Shown here: piece by piece, positions 53,341 through 64,000 of the stretch
Layout: each line of letters begins with the position of its first letter
Position numbering within the stretch: the first letter of the stretch is position 1
NCBI GenBank assembly: GCA_951406725.2
Contig: OX597830.1
Location: 16,058,001 to 16,122,000 of the forward strand
Reading direction: 5' to 3'
Source: Octopus vulgaris
Lineage: Eukaryota
Length of the DNA stretch: 64,000 nucleotides
The notes under the pieces: model-generated
Seen by the model: only the letters and a program-made list of their open reading frames with translations
Databases searched by the model: none
Told to the model about the DNA's origin: nothing
Made by a program: the position numbers and the translations under genes

Positions 53341-55179
53341 TAGAAACGTTTAGAAGAAGAACATACTTATGTGTGTGCTTGTATAGGAATATTGAATTAA
53401 ATTTTGCAATATGTATGATACTATATCTTACTGAATATGAATGCTAATATCTTAATAGTACTTGCTATCTTAAGATATAATTAATTAAAATACGCGTAGT
53501 TAAATATTTAAATATACTAGAAACAACTTAATTTATTATACACAGATATTAAAATAAATTTCTGTTTTAGACTCCTGAGCATGAGATTTCAAAGTTTCAT
53601 GCGTTACATTCACAATCATCAGTGACGGAAGAGAAATAATCTAATTATTATATCTATTTTCTTGCAGCGAGGTGTTGATACATTTTTCGTAAACAAGGAA
53701 GAATAGGAGAAAGAGAGAGAACGAGATTATCAGAGCAAGCAAAAATAACACCAAAAAAAAAAGTGCGATATATACATAGAAATCTAAAATAATTGGACTC
53801 AGTAGAAATCTTGTTCAATAATAGAATGGTCTGTAAAAGGCTAACGTAATAATATAATAATAGGTTTCGGTGAAAAGTAACAGAACTGTTTACTTGTACA
53901 GTCACTTTGTGAATTTCTCTGTATTTGTATTTATAGTAAAAAGGATAATCTTTTAACCTTTACTGTGTTTATTATTGGCCATTTCATTCACTAGACTTTA
54001 CCACTCCAACTTAATGATATCTAAAGGAGATTACTATAATACCGTGTCAAATTCCAGCTGGATTATTGTGTCAGAACAATCAGTCTAGTTACTACAAGTT
54101 GTTTTTCTGAATGCTGTTTCGAATAATTCCTTGTTCTGTTCTTATTTTACTGCCTCTCTTTCTTTCCTTTTTTCCTTCTTTCTTTCATTCTTTCTTTCTT
54201 TCTTTCTTTCTCTCTTTCTTTCTTTTTTTCTCTTTCTCGCTTTCTATTTCCCTTTCCATTTCTTTCTCTCGTCACATTTTTATTCGCTTTCAGAAAAGAA
54301 AGTTTCTGATTTTGATGGCATAAAAAATCTCTCATTCTCTTTCTGTGTGTGTGTATGTGTGTGTGTCTTTCTCTTTTCTCTCTCGTTCTCCTAATTCAAT
54401 TCTTAAACCATGGTATTATTTTCTTCCCCGACCACACACCGAAAATAAAACTATAATAAAACCACGTGAGTCTGATTAAATCAGCTGAAACGACACAACT
54501 ATTTCAAAGACAGGATGTAATTTTCACTTAAAGAAATTGCGTACGAAACATTTAAGATGCACAACATGATAAAGCCGCAAACACGTGACGGTTTAAGCTT
54601 AAACATGTAGGATTCCTCATCTTCTGTAATACGACTGTAATTTAAGGTTTTGTTTGGTTCCACTCACAGTCAATAATTCTTTCCACAAACATTACGGATA
54701 AACCATAAAATCCAAGGAAACTGGAGGTAGTCTTTGTTGGTGAGAATTAATCAATAAGAGAATTCTGTGGAAGAGCTCAGTGAGTTGGTTGACGATGAGG
54801 AATGAAATAACGTTTCGGTTATTTGATCCTCTTCAGAGAGGGATTATGTGCAAGAGCTCACCTTGACTTCAAGATTACAGAAAGATAGCTTTCTATACCC
54901 TAAACTAACTAGTAAATATTACTACCGCTACACTTTGAAATGAGGTGAAATGATAAAGTCAAATCCTTCCAATGTCTGCGTTTCCTCACCTTCTTTCATC
55001 ATCACCACCATCATCATCATCATCATCATCAATATCCTCATCTTCATCATCAGCAGCCCCTGGGTATTACTGTCGTGAGGCCTTGGACTCGAAAGGATTT
55101 GAGAAAAACAAAGCTGACCTCAGAGATTTGAACCAAGAGAGTGGAGATTTTGTGGTGCATGCGGGAGATTTGAAATAAG

Positions 55180-55430
55180 GACACCTACCTTCTCTTCGTC
55201 GACGCAGACCACTCCAGCGGTAATGCACCTTTCCACGTGGCCCGACCCTAACGCTAAAAATAGCAGTTGCTTTTCCCCTACCTTGACAAAGCGCTCACAC
55301 GTCCAACTCTGTCGGCTACTCCGATCGAAAAGGCCCAGTGCTTTCCTACCTGCGTGCACGTCACTCTTGCCCCTTCCTCTTCCGGTCAGCCCCAAGTTCC
55401 GGTCAGCTCCCCAGCTGCTGACGTCATCCC
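55180..55430 (-). promoter_or_regulatory. Candidate CpG-rich promoter / first-exon region
   Basis: CRE TGACGTCA at 55419-55426, two CCGGAA at 55379-55402, E-box at 55234-55239, three minus-strand AG|GTAGG donor-like sites. Confidence 0.35.
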
Positions 55431-56105
55431 ACAGATTTGGAATAAATACTTCAACGATCTGATGACTTCCCTTCTTTCGGAATCCATAAAATAAAGCACC
55501 AACCCGTGTCAAATTGGCAGAATCGTTCAAGCATCAGATGAGATGAGATTACTTGCGGTATCAGTTCTGGTTCTGGTTCTGGTTCTTTTTGTTCTTTAAA
55601 GCAACACATGAGAAGACAATGGTGCTCAGCTGCATCGGCCCTTCTCTTTTATCGGACAACAGCCGCAGGATAGAAGAGGGGCGATTCGCATGCATAAGCA
55701 ACTGTTTGTCTTCCGTAAACAAAAAAAGAACTAACCCGGGCCTGAGCCTTCCAAAAGAAATTTTCCAAGAGAAGACTCATAGTCTCTCGAGACATACTGG
55801 TGCCCTAGAATCTCTGGATGCACATCAGACACAACACACGGAAGCCAGTTTTTTGTTTGCTTGTTTGTTTGTTTTTTTGTTTTGTTTTTCTTTTTTGAAG
55901 ACCGTCCTGTGACATAAATGTCATCTTTCCCTTTCTCTCCTCGGAGCAAGCACCTTTATTTCAGACTCTTATATTTCCTCATGAATTGTTTATTACCACC
56001 GTAGATCCTTCTCTAATCTCTCTGATTCTTGATTTAAAATATTAAACAACTCAAATTCTGGAAATAAAAAGAAGACATAACACAGATCTTTCTGGAATTA
56101 CGTGA

Positions 56106-56361
56106 CGTTGCTGTCATGTCAAACTGTCGTATGTCCAAATTTGGCCAAGTGCGTTTTTTTTCTTTTTTCCAGTATTTATTTTTGTTTGTAATAGCCGGTT
56201 CTTTTGGTCAATCTACGTATCTCCAGCTACTTCAAATGTTAAGATATCAAAAATTGTCAAAGTGTAGTACAAAGGTTTTGCTATAGAATGGTGAAAATAT
56301 TTTTTCGTTTTCTGAAAAAGCAACGTTTTGGACTTACGACAATTTTGCAAAATAGCAACGA
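56106..56361. mobile_element. MITE with imperfect TIRs, family of 18085 and 19365
   Basis: CGTTGCT..TGTCGTATGTCCAAA / TTTGGACTTACGACA..AGCAACG. Confidence 0.75.
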
Positions 56362-56980
56362 ATACTGAAATTCAATATCACTACAAAGACTTTTTGTTTA
56401 ACCCCAATTGAACCTTAATCTAGTAGACCTAAAATCAAACACATACTAGCTCTGAACATCCCTGAACATCCCTTTCTTTTTTCTTCTTTTTCCCAGAAAT
56501 AGTGAACCCCAGGACTATAGTAGCTAATGTGCCTTTTAGGGTGTAGTTTGTGGTTAATTTGATTGCTATCTCTAGCAGGTCGAGCGAATGCGTAAGAGGC
56601 ACCGTAGTGAGATCGACAATAATGAGCAAAACAGCTCTTCGCGAGTCGCCCCATGATCTACCCACGACCTATTCTTATTTGTCTCTATGCCCTTCGAAAA
56701 GATATGCAAATAGTAACTTCTTATCCTGCCTCATTTCCGCATAAAGAATCTAAGACGCCATTCCACTGTAACGAGCAATTATCTTCCAAGGAATTATAAC
56801 TCCACCTAGACCCAGGTCAAAGGTCATGAACTGATAGTTCACGGCGGTCGATAACTGATGTAGGACAAATAAGATATAGTGTTCATTCAGGAAGAAATTA
56901 ATCTATCCCCACCGTCTTTCAGCATTGCTCGCCCTCTCTAATTATACCTCATTTCTTTCTTTCCTTGTTTTCTCACATCT

Positions 56981-57055
<75 letters not shown>

Positions 57056-57240
57056 TCTTATCACTCTCCTGCTCTCATATCATTCACACTCGATCTCTCT
57101 CCTTTTTTCCCATCATTCTGTCTCTATCTTTCTCATTCACTCATGAATTCTTTCTCTAATTCTCCCAGTCTCAATGATTATGTTTCTCTTTACTTTCTCG
57201 CACTAAAGTTCTCTCTCCCCCCTCTCTCTCTATCTATCTC

Positions 57241-57286
<46 letters not shown>

Positions 57287-57344
57287 CATCTATCTATCTA
57301 TCCATCTATCTATCAGTCTATCTATCTATCTATCCCTCTATCCC

Positions 57345-57388
<44 letters not shown>

Positions 57389-57839
57389 GTTAGCTCTCTC
57401 TAGCACAATCCATCCCATTCTAATTTTCTATCTCAACACAGAATTGTCTACACACCTTCATAATTGGGTAGAATCATATGAGTTTCAGAATAAACACTTT
57501 GAGGTATTTCTTCTGACTGTCTAAGTTCTGAGTTCAAATCCCGCTGATAACAGCTTTGCATTTCAGCCTTCTGGAGTCGATATAAAATAAAGTACCAGTC
57601 AAATACGGAGATCAATTTAATCGATCAACTCCCTTCCCTAAAAAAATTGTTTGCTTTGTGCTTAAATTGCAAATAATTAATACGATTAGGATAAACCACT
57701 CACCAGGCAGTTTTCTGCTAATCATCATCACGCACGCACGCACACACACACACACACCAAAATGTGACCTCGTGTGTACCGTTGGCGATTTTGCTTCCTC
57801 TGTCTTGTCTTCCTTTCTCTGGATCTTTCCTTCTCCCAT

Positions 57840-57874
57840 GTTTCCGACGAAGAGCTCCGCTCGAAACGTTAAAC
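57840..57874 (+). ncRNA. Minimal hammerhead-like motif, U4C variant, in a Penelope-type remnant (about 57770-57980)
   Basis: gttt-CCGACGA-a-GAGC-tcc-GCTC-GAAA-CG-TT-aaac. Confidence 0.65.
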
Positions 57875-58144
57875 CCTCCTTCTTTCCTTCTTTCCTGAGC
57901 GTCCAATAATACTATATTTGTTCCACGTCCTCGCGTTGTTTTGTTTTTTTGTGTTTCTTGTTTGTGTTTTGTGTTTTCTATGTATATATATATATATAGT
58001 TGAAAAGCGAAGACTGGGTCTTGCAAGCATTCTATAAATTGCTCTTCATCTTCCCCACGTTACGAGAGCGATGAATCCCTGAAAACTTTTTCCCATTGAT
58101 TTTCACGTTATGAAATGCTAACGTGTTCCGACGGTTATTTTCAA

Positions 58145-58217
<73 letters not shown>

Positions 58218-58752
58218 GTACCAGGTAGTGGCTCTCATGGCTTCTGATCTTAACTGATTGGAAGTGTTATCATCTACATTGTTTTGTCTTGGTATAAAAG
58301 ATGGGCTACAGCAAATATTCTGCTCAATACCACAGATTTGCTTGTCAGTTGTTTGACCTTAACCAGTTGAGCATGTCCCTTAGTGGCTGACGATATGTGC
58401 ATCTCTGACCACGAGCAGAAGTAGTGGGGGAGCATCATAGCCATGTGTTGAGAGAATAATTTGAATAATTCACCTTTAGAAACATGGGTGTTTCGTTCAA
58501 CATCCTAAAGCAACCCTTATTCAGGGACCTTTTGAGCAGGATGGGTTACTCGACCTGAAGAAAATTCTAACTGGGCCCCACCTGCAAGGTCATGTGCTGT
58601 TTATTTTGATATGAGATCACCATGTCGCGCACATATGGTTGTGATGCATGTGCCTGGTGTACCCTTATCAGACGGGTAGTCATGATGGGTATATTGGGCT
58701 TCGTATATTTTACCCCAGTGTCACTTTGATGGCATGCACTGCTCTCTCACTC
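58218..58752. mobile_element. Interspersed element of about 535 bp flanked by (AAT)n, possibly a fragment of a TAA-targeting retroelement
   Basis: Higher-GC block with (AAT)n on both sides; no ORF recognised. Confidence 0.45.
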
Positions 58753-59310
58753 AATAATAAATGAACCAACGCGACCACTTTTACGCATGAAAATTACAAT
58801 TTCTAAACATACTCTGTAAAATATATATTCATAAAAATAAACACTTGTAGTTAAATACTTTAGAGAATAAATAAGAATTGTAATATCGTAGTAGGGTACG
58901 TACTTACCACAAAAGATATTGACTATTAAGGGTGGTGGTAGATTGGTTATTACTAGGGGAGGGGGATGAAATACATTATCTCTTATTTTATGGTTTATTA
59001 TCAGCAACATTTACTAGAGAAGTGAAGAACTTATCGAAATTATTTGATGTTTATGGTGCATTAGCTCTTTCTGAAGCTCAGTGGAGGAACTGAAATCGTT
59101 GTAAACTCCTCCTGTAATTTTTATGTTATGTTCAAGATTATGGTTGTTATAAGCAAAAACTTGCAGCTTTCCCTCTATGAGTACCAACCCTTTAACAATA
59201 TTCTATGCAGTCGACTTAAGTGTGATTGTTTGAATATCCGTATTCTCATCTGTATTGGCAGCTTGCTTTTGTTCTGACAGCATCAGTTTCCTTGTTGGAT
59301 AAACTTTCTT

Positions 59311-60043
59311 AAGGCGGCGGGCTGGCAGAAACGTATTTCGTCTGCCGTTCCGTTCTGAGTTCAAATTCCGCCGAGGTCGACTTTGCTTTTCATCCTTTCG
59401 GGGTCGATAAACTAAGTACCAGTTACGCACTGGGGTCGATGTAATCGACCTTAATCCGTTTGTCTGTCCTTGTTTGTCCTCTCTGTGTTTAGCCCCTTGT
59501 GGGTAGTAAAGAACTAGGCATTTCGTCTGCCGCTACGTTCTAAGTTCAAATTCCGCCGAGGTCGACTTTACCTTTCATCCTTTCGGGATCGATAAACTAA
59601 GTACCAGTTATGCACTGGGGTCGATATAATCGACTTAATTCGTTTGTCTGTCCTTGTTTGTCCTCTCTGTGTTTAGCCCCTTGTGTGTAGTAAAGAAATA
59701 GGTATTTCGTCTGCCGCTACGTTCTGAGTTCAAATTCTGCCGAGGTCGACTTTGCCTTTCATCCTTTCGGGGTCGATTAAATAAGTACCAGTTACGCACT
59801 GAGGTCGATATAATCGACTTAATCCGTTTGTCTGTCCTCCTCTCTGTGTTTAGCCCCTTGTGGGTAGTAAAGAAATATGTATTTCGTCTGTCTTTACGTT
59901 CTGAGTTCAAATTCCGCCGAGGTCGACTTTGCCTTTCATCCTTTCGGGGTCGATAAATTAAGTACCAGTTGTGTACTTGGGTCGATCTAATCGACTGGCC
60001 CTTTCCCCAAAAATTTCGGGCCTTGTGCCTAGAGTAGAAAAGG
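59311..60043 (+). mobile_element. SINE family A tandem array (three modules of about 184 bp plus a final module with an alternative tail)
   Basis: Module starts at about 59333, 59518, 59702 and 59879. Confidence 0.9.
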
Positions 60044-60044
60044 A

Positions 60045-60530
60045 TAAACTTTCTTTATTGGACACCAGCAAATCATTCGCATCATTTTCTATGACTTCTT
60101 CAAACTCTGCATCATTCGCAAGTGTCACAACATCTTTACGAATTTGAAGTAGATTTTTCTGCTTGTAGTAAACTTGTAAAATCAAAGATGCACTCTTGCC
60201 ATATATTTTTTGAGTCATGCATCCGAGTGACATTTTGTTTTAAGCATTACATTAGACCAAAGATGAAATAAGGCCTGAGCAGTCGACGAAGAAACTTCTT
60301 GAGCTCTTAACTTCTTTCTATGGTATATATGGTTTTTACTGTAAACGTTGCAATCTTTGGTGTTTTGGTAATGTTGTTGGGGTTTTTTCCCTCGCTTCAA
60401 GCCTTTTCAAGATATCGAGTTTAATATCCCGTGTAATCCTTTTATGGTTCCTTTTTGCATGACTAATTTTTAGTTCCACTCAATAGCTTCTTTCCAGACA
60501 TCGCGAATTGTAGGTAAATCCAACAGCCGA
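60045..60530 (-). mobile_element. Tigger/pogo-like transposase remnant
   Basis: VVTLANDAEFEEVIENDANDLLVSNKESLS and upstream PTIRDVWKE resemble the Tigger C-terminal region. Confidence 0.5.
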
Positions 60531-60767
60531 AGTGATCAACAGTTATCCATAAAAAGTAGCTCCAGGAAAGAACTACTTTGTAAGAGTAAAAATTGTTGTC
60601 TTATTCTTATGTAATAATGGAAATGAGAATGTGAACAGGTAAAGACATGAGGTGGGATGCAGCACTGTATAATTACAGTTAATGGATACGTAACCAGGTT
60701 AATAGACACTTCACCACTTGCGCCTCTGACTTGAGCCATAAAAATTCCATGCTCCACACACACACGT

Positions 60768-60832
<65 letters not shown>

Positions 60833-61649
60833 AACACATACATACATACACACACCACGCATCCCATTGTGTTGACATATAACATATGTAGCTACAGGCA
60901 TTGCTCTGATGCTAATGTTGTTGTCACTTACTACTTCAAAAGTCAGTGGGTTGGCAGTGGTGGTGGGGTGGTGTTTGCATTGTTTTTTGTGTTGATGGGT
61001 GACACTAGGAATAATTGTTGATGAAGGTGTTCTTGTTAAATGTATTGATGTTACTATTTAGTTTCGATGAAATCCTCATTGACCAAAGATCAGAAACATT
61101 TCATTCAACATTTAAAATACACTAAAGTACCACATTATCTCACGTGATTGTCTTTTTTTTTTTTCGGGTAGAGTTGCTTATCTTGTCCATACTATTGTTG
61201 CTATTATCGTTGAAGAGCTGCTAGGATTGTATAGGTGATGGCTGCATTGGTTTGGATTGATGCTGGTTCGTTTTAGTGTTGATGATATATAGTGAAGGTC
61301 GATTTATAGATAGACAGACATGCAGGCAGGCAGACAGACAGACAAAGATACTCATTGTGATCTCCGGCGAAAAATTACTGTAAACTTTGGTCCGAAAGAT
61401 AGACTAGTCAATCATGCGCTTGTGCTTTGATCACGAATACAAACAGGAACTCTTGTATCTTTATCAAGATAATGCGTTTGTGATTTCTAAGTTATGCTCC
61501 TCATCCGTTAGTTACAAGCAAAAAGGCCATTCAAGATAGCGTTCCTCATAACACCTTTTCAAATTGCGCCATTCCAGCAATTCGAATTTTTGCCAAATCT
61601 GGCATTGAGATTTTTTTTTTCTTTTTGCCAGACGCAGACGCATCAGAGA

Positions 61650-61845
61650 TACTCTTTTTACTCTTTTACTTGTTTCAGTCATTTGACTGCGGCCATGCAG
61701 GAGCACCACCTTTAGTCGAGCAAATCGATGCCAGGACTTATCTTTTGTAAGCCTAGTACTTATTTTATCGGTCTGTTATGCCGAACCGCTAAGTTACGGG
61801 GAAGTAAACACACCAACATCGAGTTCAAGCGATGTTGGGGGACAA

Positions 61846-61916
<71 letters not shown>

Positions 61917-62043
61917 CGACGGGATTCTTTCAGTTTCCGTCAACCAAATCCACTCACAAGGCTTTGGTCGGTCCGAGGCTATAGTAGAAGACACTTGCCC
62001 GAGGTGCCACGCAGTGGGACTGAACCCGGAACCATGTGGTTAG
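61650..62043 (-). mobile_element. SINE family B, missing extreme 5' end
   Basis: Match to other copies. Confidence 0.85.
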
Positions 62044-62340
62044 TGGCGTAAATTTCTTCTTTAAATATTGTCTGTGCTTCCATTTATAGGCACATAAACA
62101 CTGATGACTGTCAAGAAAATTAAACGTAGTCTTCGAGCTTTCACTGATGGCTGTAGATGGTTAATGGAACGAATCAAGCAGATCGTTACGGACCATAATG
62201 ACTACTTCGTGTAGGCATCGGAGTTCACTTGTTTTTCTTCTAAAAGAGAGAATATATCTGTCGCAGTGTTTCTTCAGATGTCTCTTATGAACTAGTCTTG
62301 TTGTGCTAAAGGCTGCAATATAAATATCAAAAGGTGTGAA

Positions 62341-62740
62341 GACGGCGAGCTGGCAGAACCGTTAGCACGTCGGACGAAATGCTTAGCGGTATTTCGCCTG
62401 CCATTACGTTCTGAGTTCAAATTCCGCCGAGGTCGACTTTGCCTTTCATCCGTTCGGGGTCGATAAATTAAGTACCAGTTACGCACTGGGGTCGATGCAA
62501 TCGACTTAATACCTATGTCTGTCCTTGTTTGTTCCCTCTATGTTTAGCCCCTTGTGGGTAATAAAGAAATAGGTATTTCGTCCGTCTTTACGTTCTGAGT
62601 TCAAATTCCGCCCAAGTCGAATTTCGCCTTTCATCCTTTCGAAGTCAATAAAATAAGTACCAGTCAAACACTGTGTTCAGTGTAATCGACTTATCACCTC
62701 CACGAAATTGTCGACCTTGTGCTAAAATTTGAAATCAATA
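62341..62740 (+). mobile_element. SINE family A with a second module ending in the alternative tail
   Basis: Junction gaaatag|gtatttcgtc at about 62572. Confidence 0.85.
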
Positions 62741-63842
62741 TTAAAAAGGTGCGAGATCCCTTTCTTAGGTCAATGCCAAAAAGTGTCTAGCGCCAGAACC
62801 CTCTCTCTCACTAAAACATTCTCATTCCCATGCACACACACACATACTCTCTCTTTCTCTCTCTCTCTCTCACGCGCACGCGCGTTCTCATACACACACA
62901 CACACACAATCCCTTCGTCTCTCATTTTCTGTCTCACTTGTAAAAATGTTTACTATCATTAATACTGTTTCTAACACAGAGAGACTACTAATGGCCTGTA
63001 CGTGTGTGTGTTTGTGTGTGTGTGTGTGTGTGAACATGCATATATATGATGTTTAACAATATATATGATATATAAAATATATGAACAACACAAATATTAC
63101 ATACACATATATATTCATATATATATAGAAAGAAATAGAGAGAGAGGGAATAAGAGAGAGAAAGAGGAACAGAGAGAGAGAAATTGATAGATATGCGTAT
63201 GTGCATATAGTTTGCTATATATACTACTAGGCCTGTCATGTAAACAGATATCATAAATTCAGTATCTTTTCTAATCTTTTTCTCTGGCCTCTTTTATTAC
63301 TTTTCCTTCACTTTGATAAAGGGAATAATCCGAAATGTTAAATACTCTTCTGTTTCATCCATTCATTTTCATTGTACACATTCTTTCGTTGCTGTGGTTT
63401 CCTTTCAGTTTTCAATCTGCTTTTCTCTGGCTTCATCTATTATTAGTTTATTCCTCTTCTTCTTGCTCTGCAATTTTGCTCATTTTATTTGTGTGATTTC
63501 TATCTGCATATATACATGCACACATATACACACACAAGCACACACATGCGTATATATTTATGCATAATATTTATATGTATATACACATGTATATTATGCA
63601 TAATATAAATATAGATAATTCAATATATGTGTATAATGTAATAATATTAATATAAATAATTTATAAATTACATATAACATAAATACACATTATACACACA
63701 AACATACATTAATATAAATACAGATGATATAATATATAATAATATCAATATATATTATAAGATATATTATATGTATGCATGTGTGCATGTATGTATATAT
63801 ATTATATATATATATATAGATATATAGATATAGATATGGATT

Positions 63843-63904
<62 letters not shown>

Positions 63905-64000
63905 TAGCTTGTTTGGTAAACTAAGTTCCGTAAAGATTAAATGTTAACTTTTCATGCTTCGAGATTAATAAATTAGTTTAACAAATTTCTTTATTTACTT

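Noticed and set aside
54805-54842. Additional hammerhead (CTGAAGA..GAAACGTT, minus strand); similar partial motifs at about 29138-29165 and 22770-22785
   Set aside because: Helix I or part of the core is missing; not counted as supported motifs.
55120-55530. Protein-coding ORFs in the GC-rich island
   Set aside because: Overlapping short ORFs on both strands with no recognisable domain; better explained by GC content.

Overview
AT-rich, microsatellite-dense animal genomic DNA made almost entirely of repeats. The repeat repertoire looks like an octopus or other cephalopod, which is an inference from recognition and was not searched. No intact host protein-coding gene was found, and nearly all ORF-track entries are translations of (TA)n, (CA)n, (TACA)n, (GATA)n or (TAA)n. 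The window holds four head types of tRNA-like SINE (about 20 copies, with heads and tails exchanged) and three decayed Penelope-like retroelements (one Naiad-like, two Neptune-like). It also holds an R4/Dong-like LINE remnant, a Tigger-like remnant, several MITEs, non-autonomous Helitrons and a ~3.07 kb array of a 46-bp unit growing out of a SINE 3' end. The strongest non-obvious signal is at least 15 minimal type I hammerhead-ribozyme-like motifs from about 10 distinct small element families. They mostly sit beside (TA)n, show covarying cores (C3-G8, U3-A8, G3-C8, U4C), and several have fold-back inverted repeats starting at the predicted cleavage site. One lies in a 555-bp-period, retrozyme-like insertion nested in a SINE. 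Weaker candidates are a decayed PINIT/SP-RING (PIAS/ZMIZ-like) relic and a CpG-rich promoter or first-exon region. All folds and alignments were done by eye, and boundaries of decayed elements are approximate.
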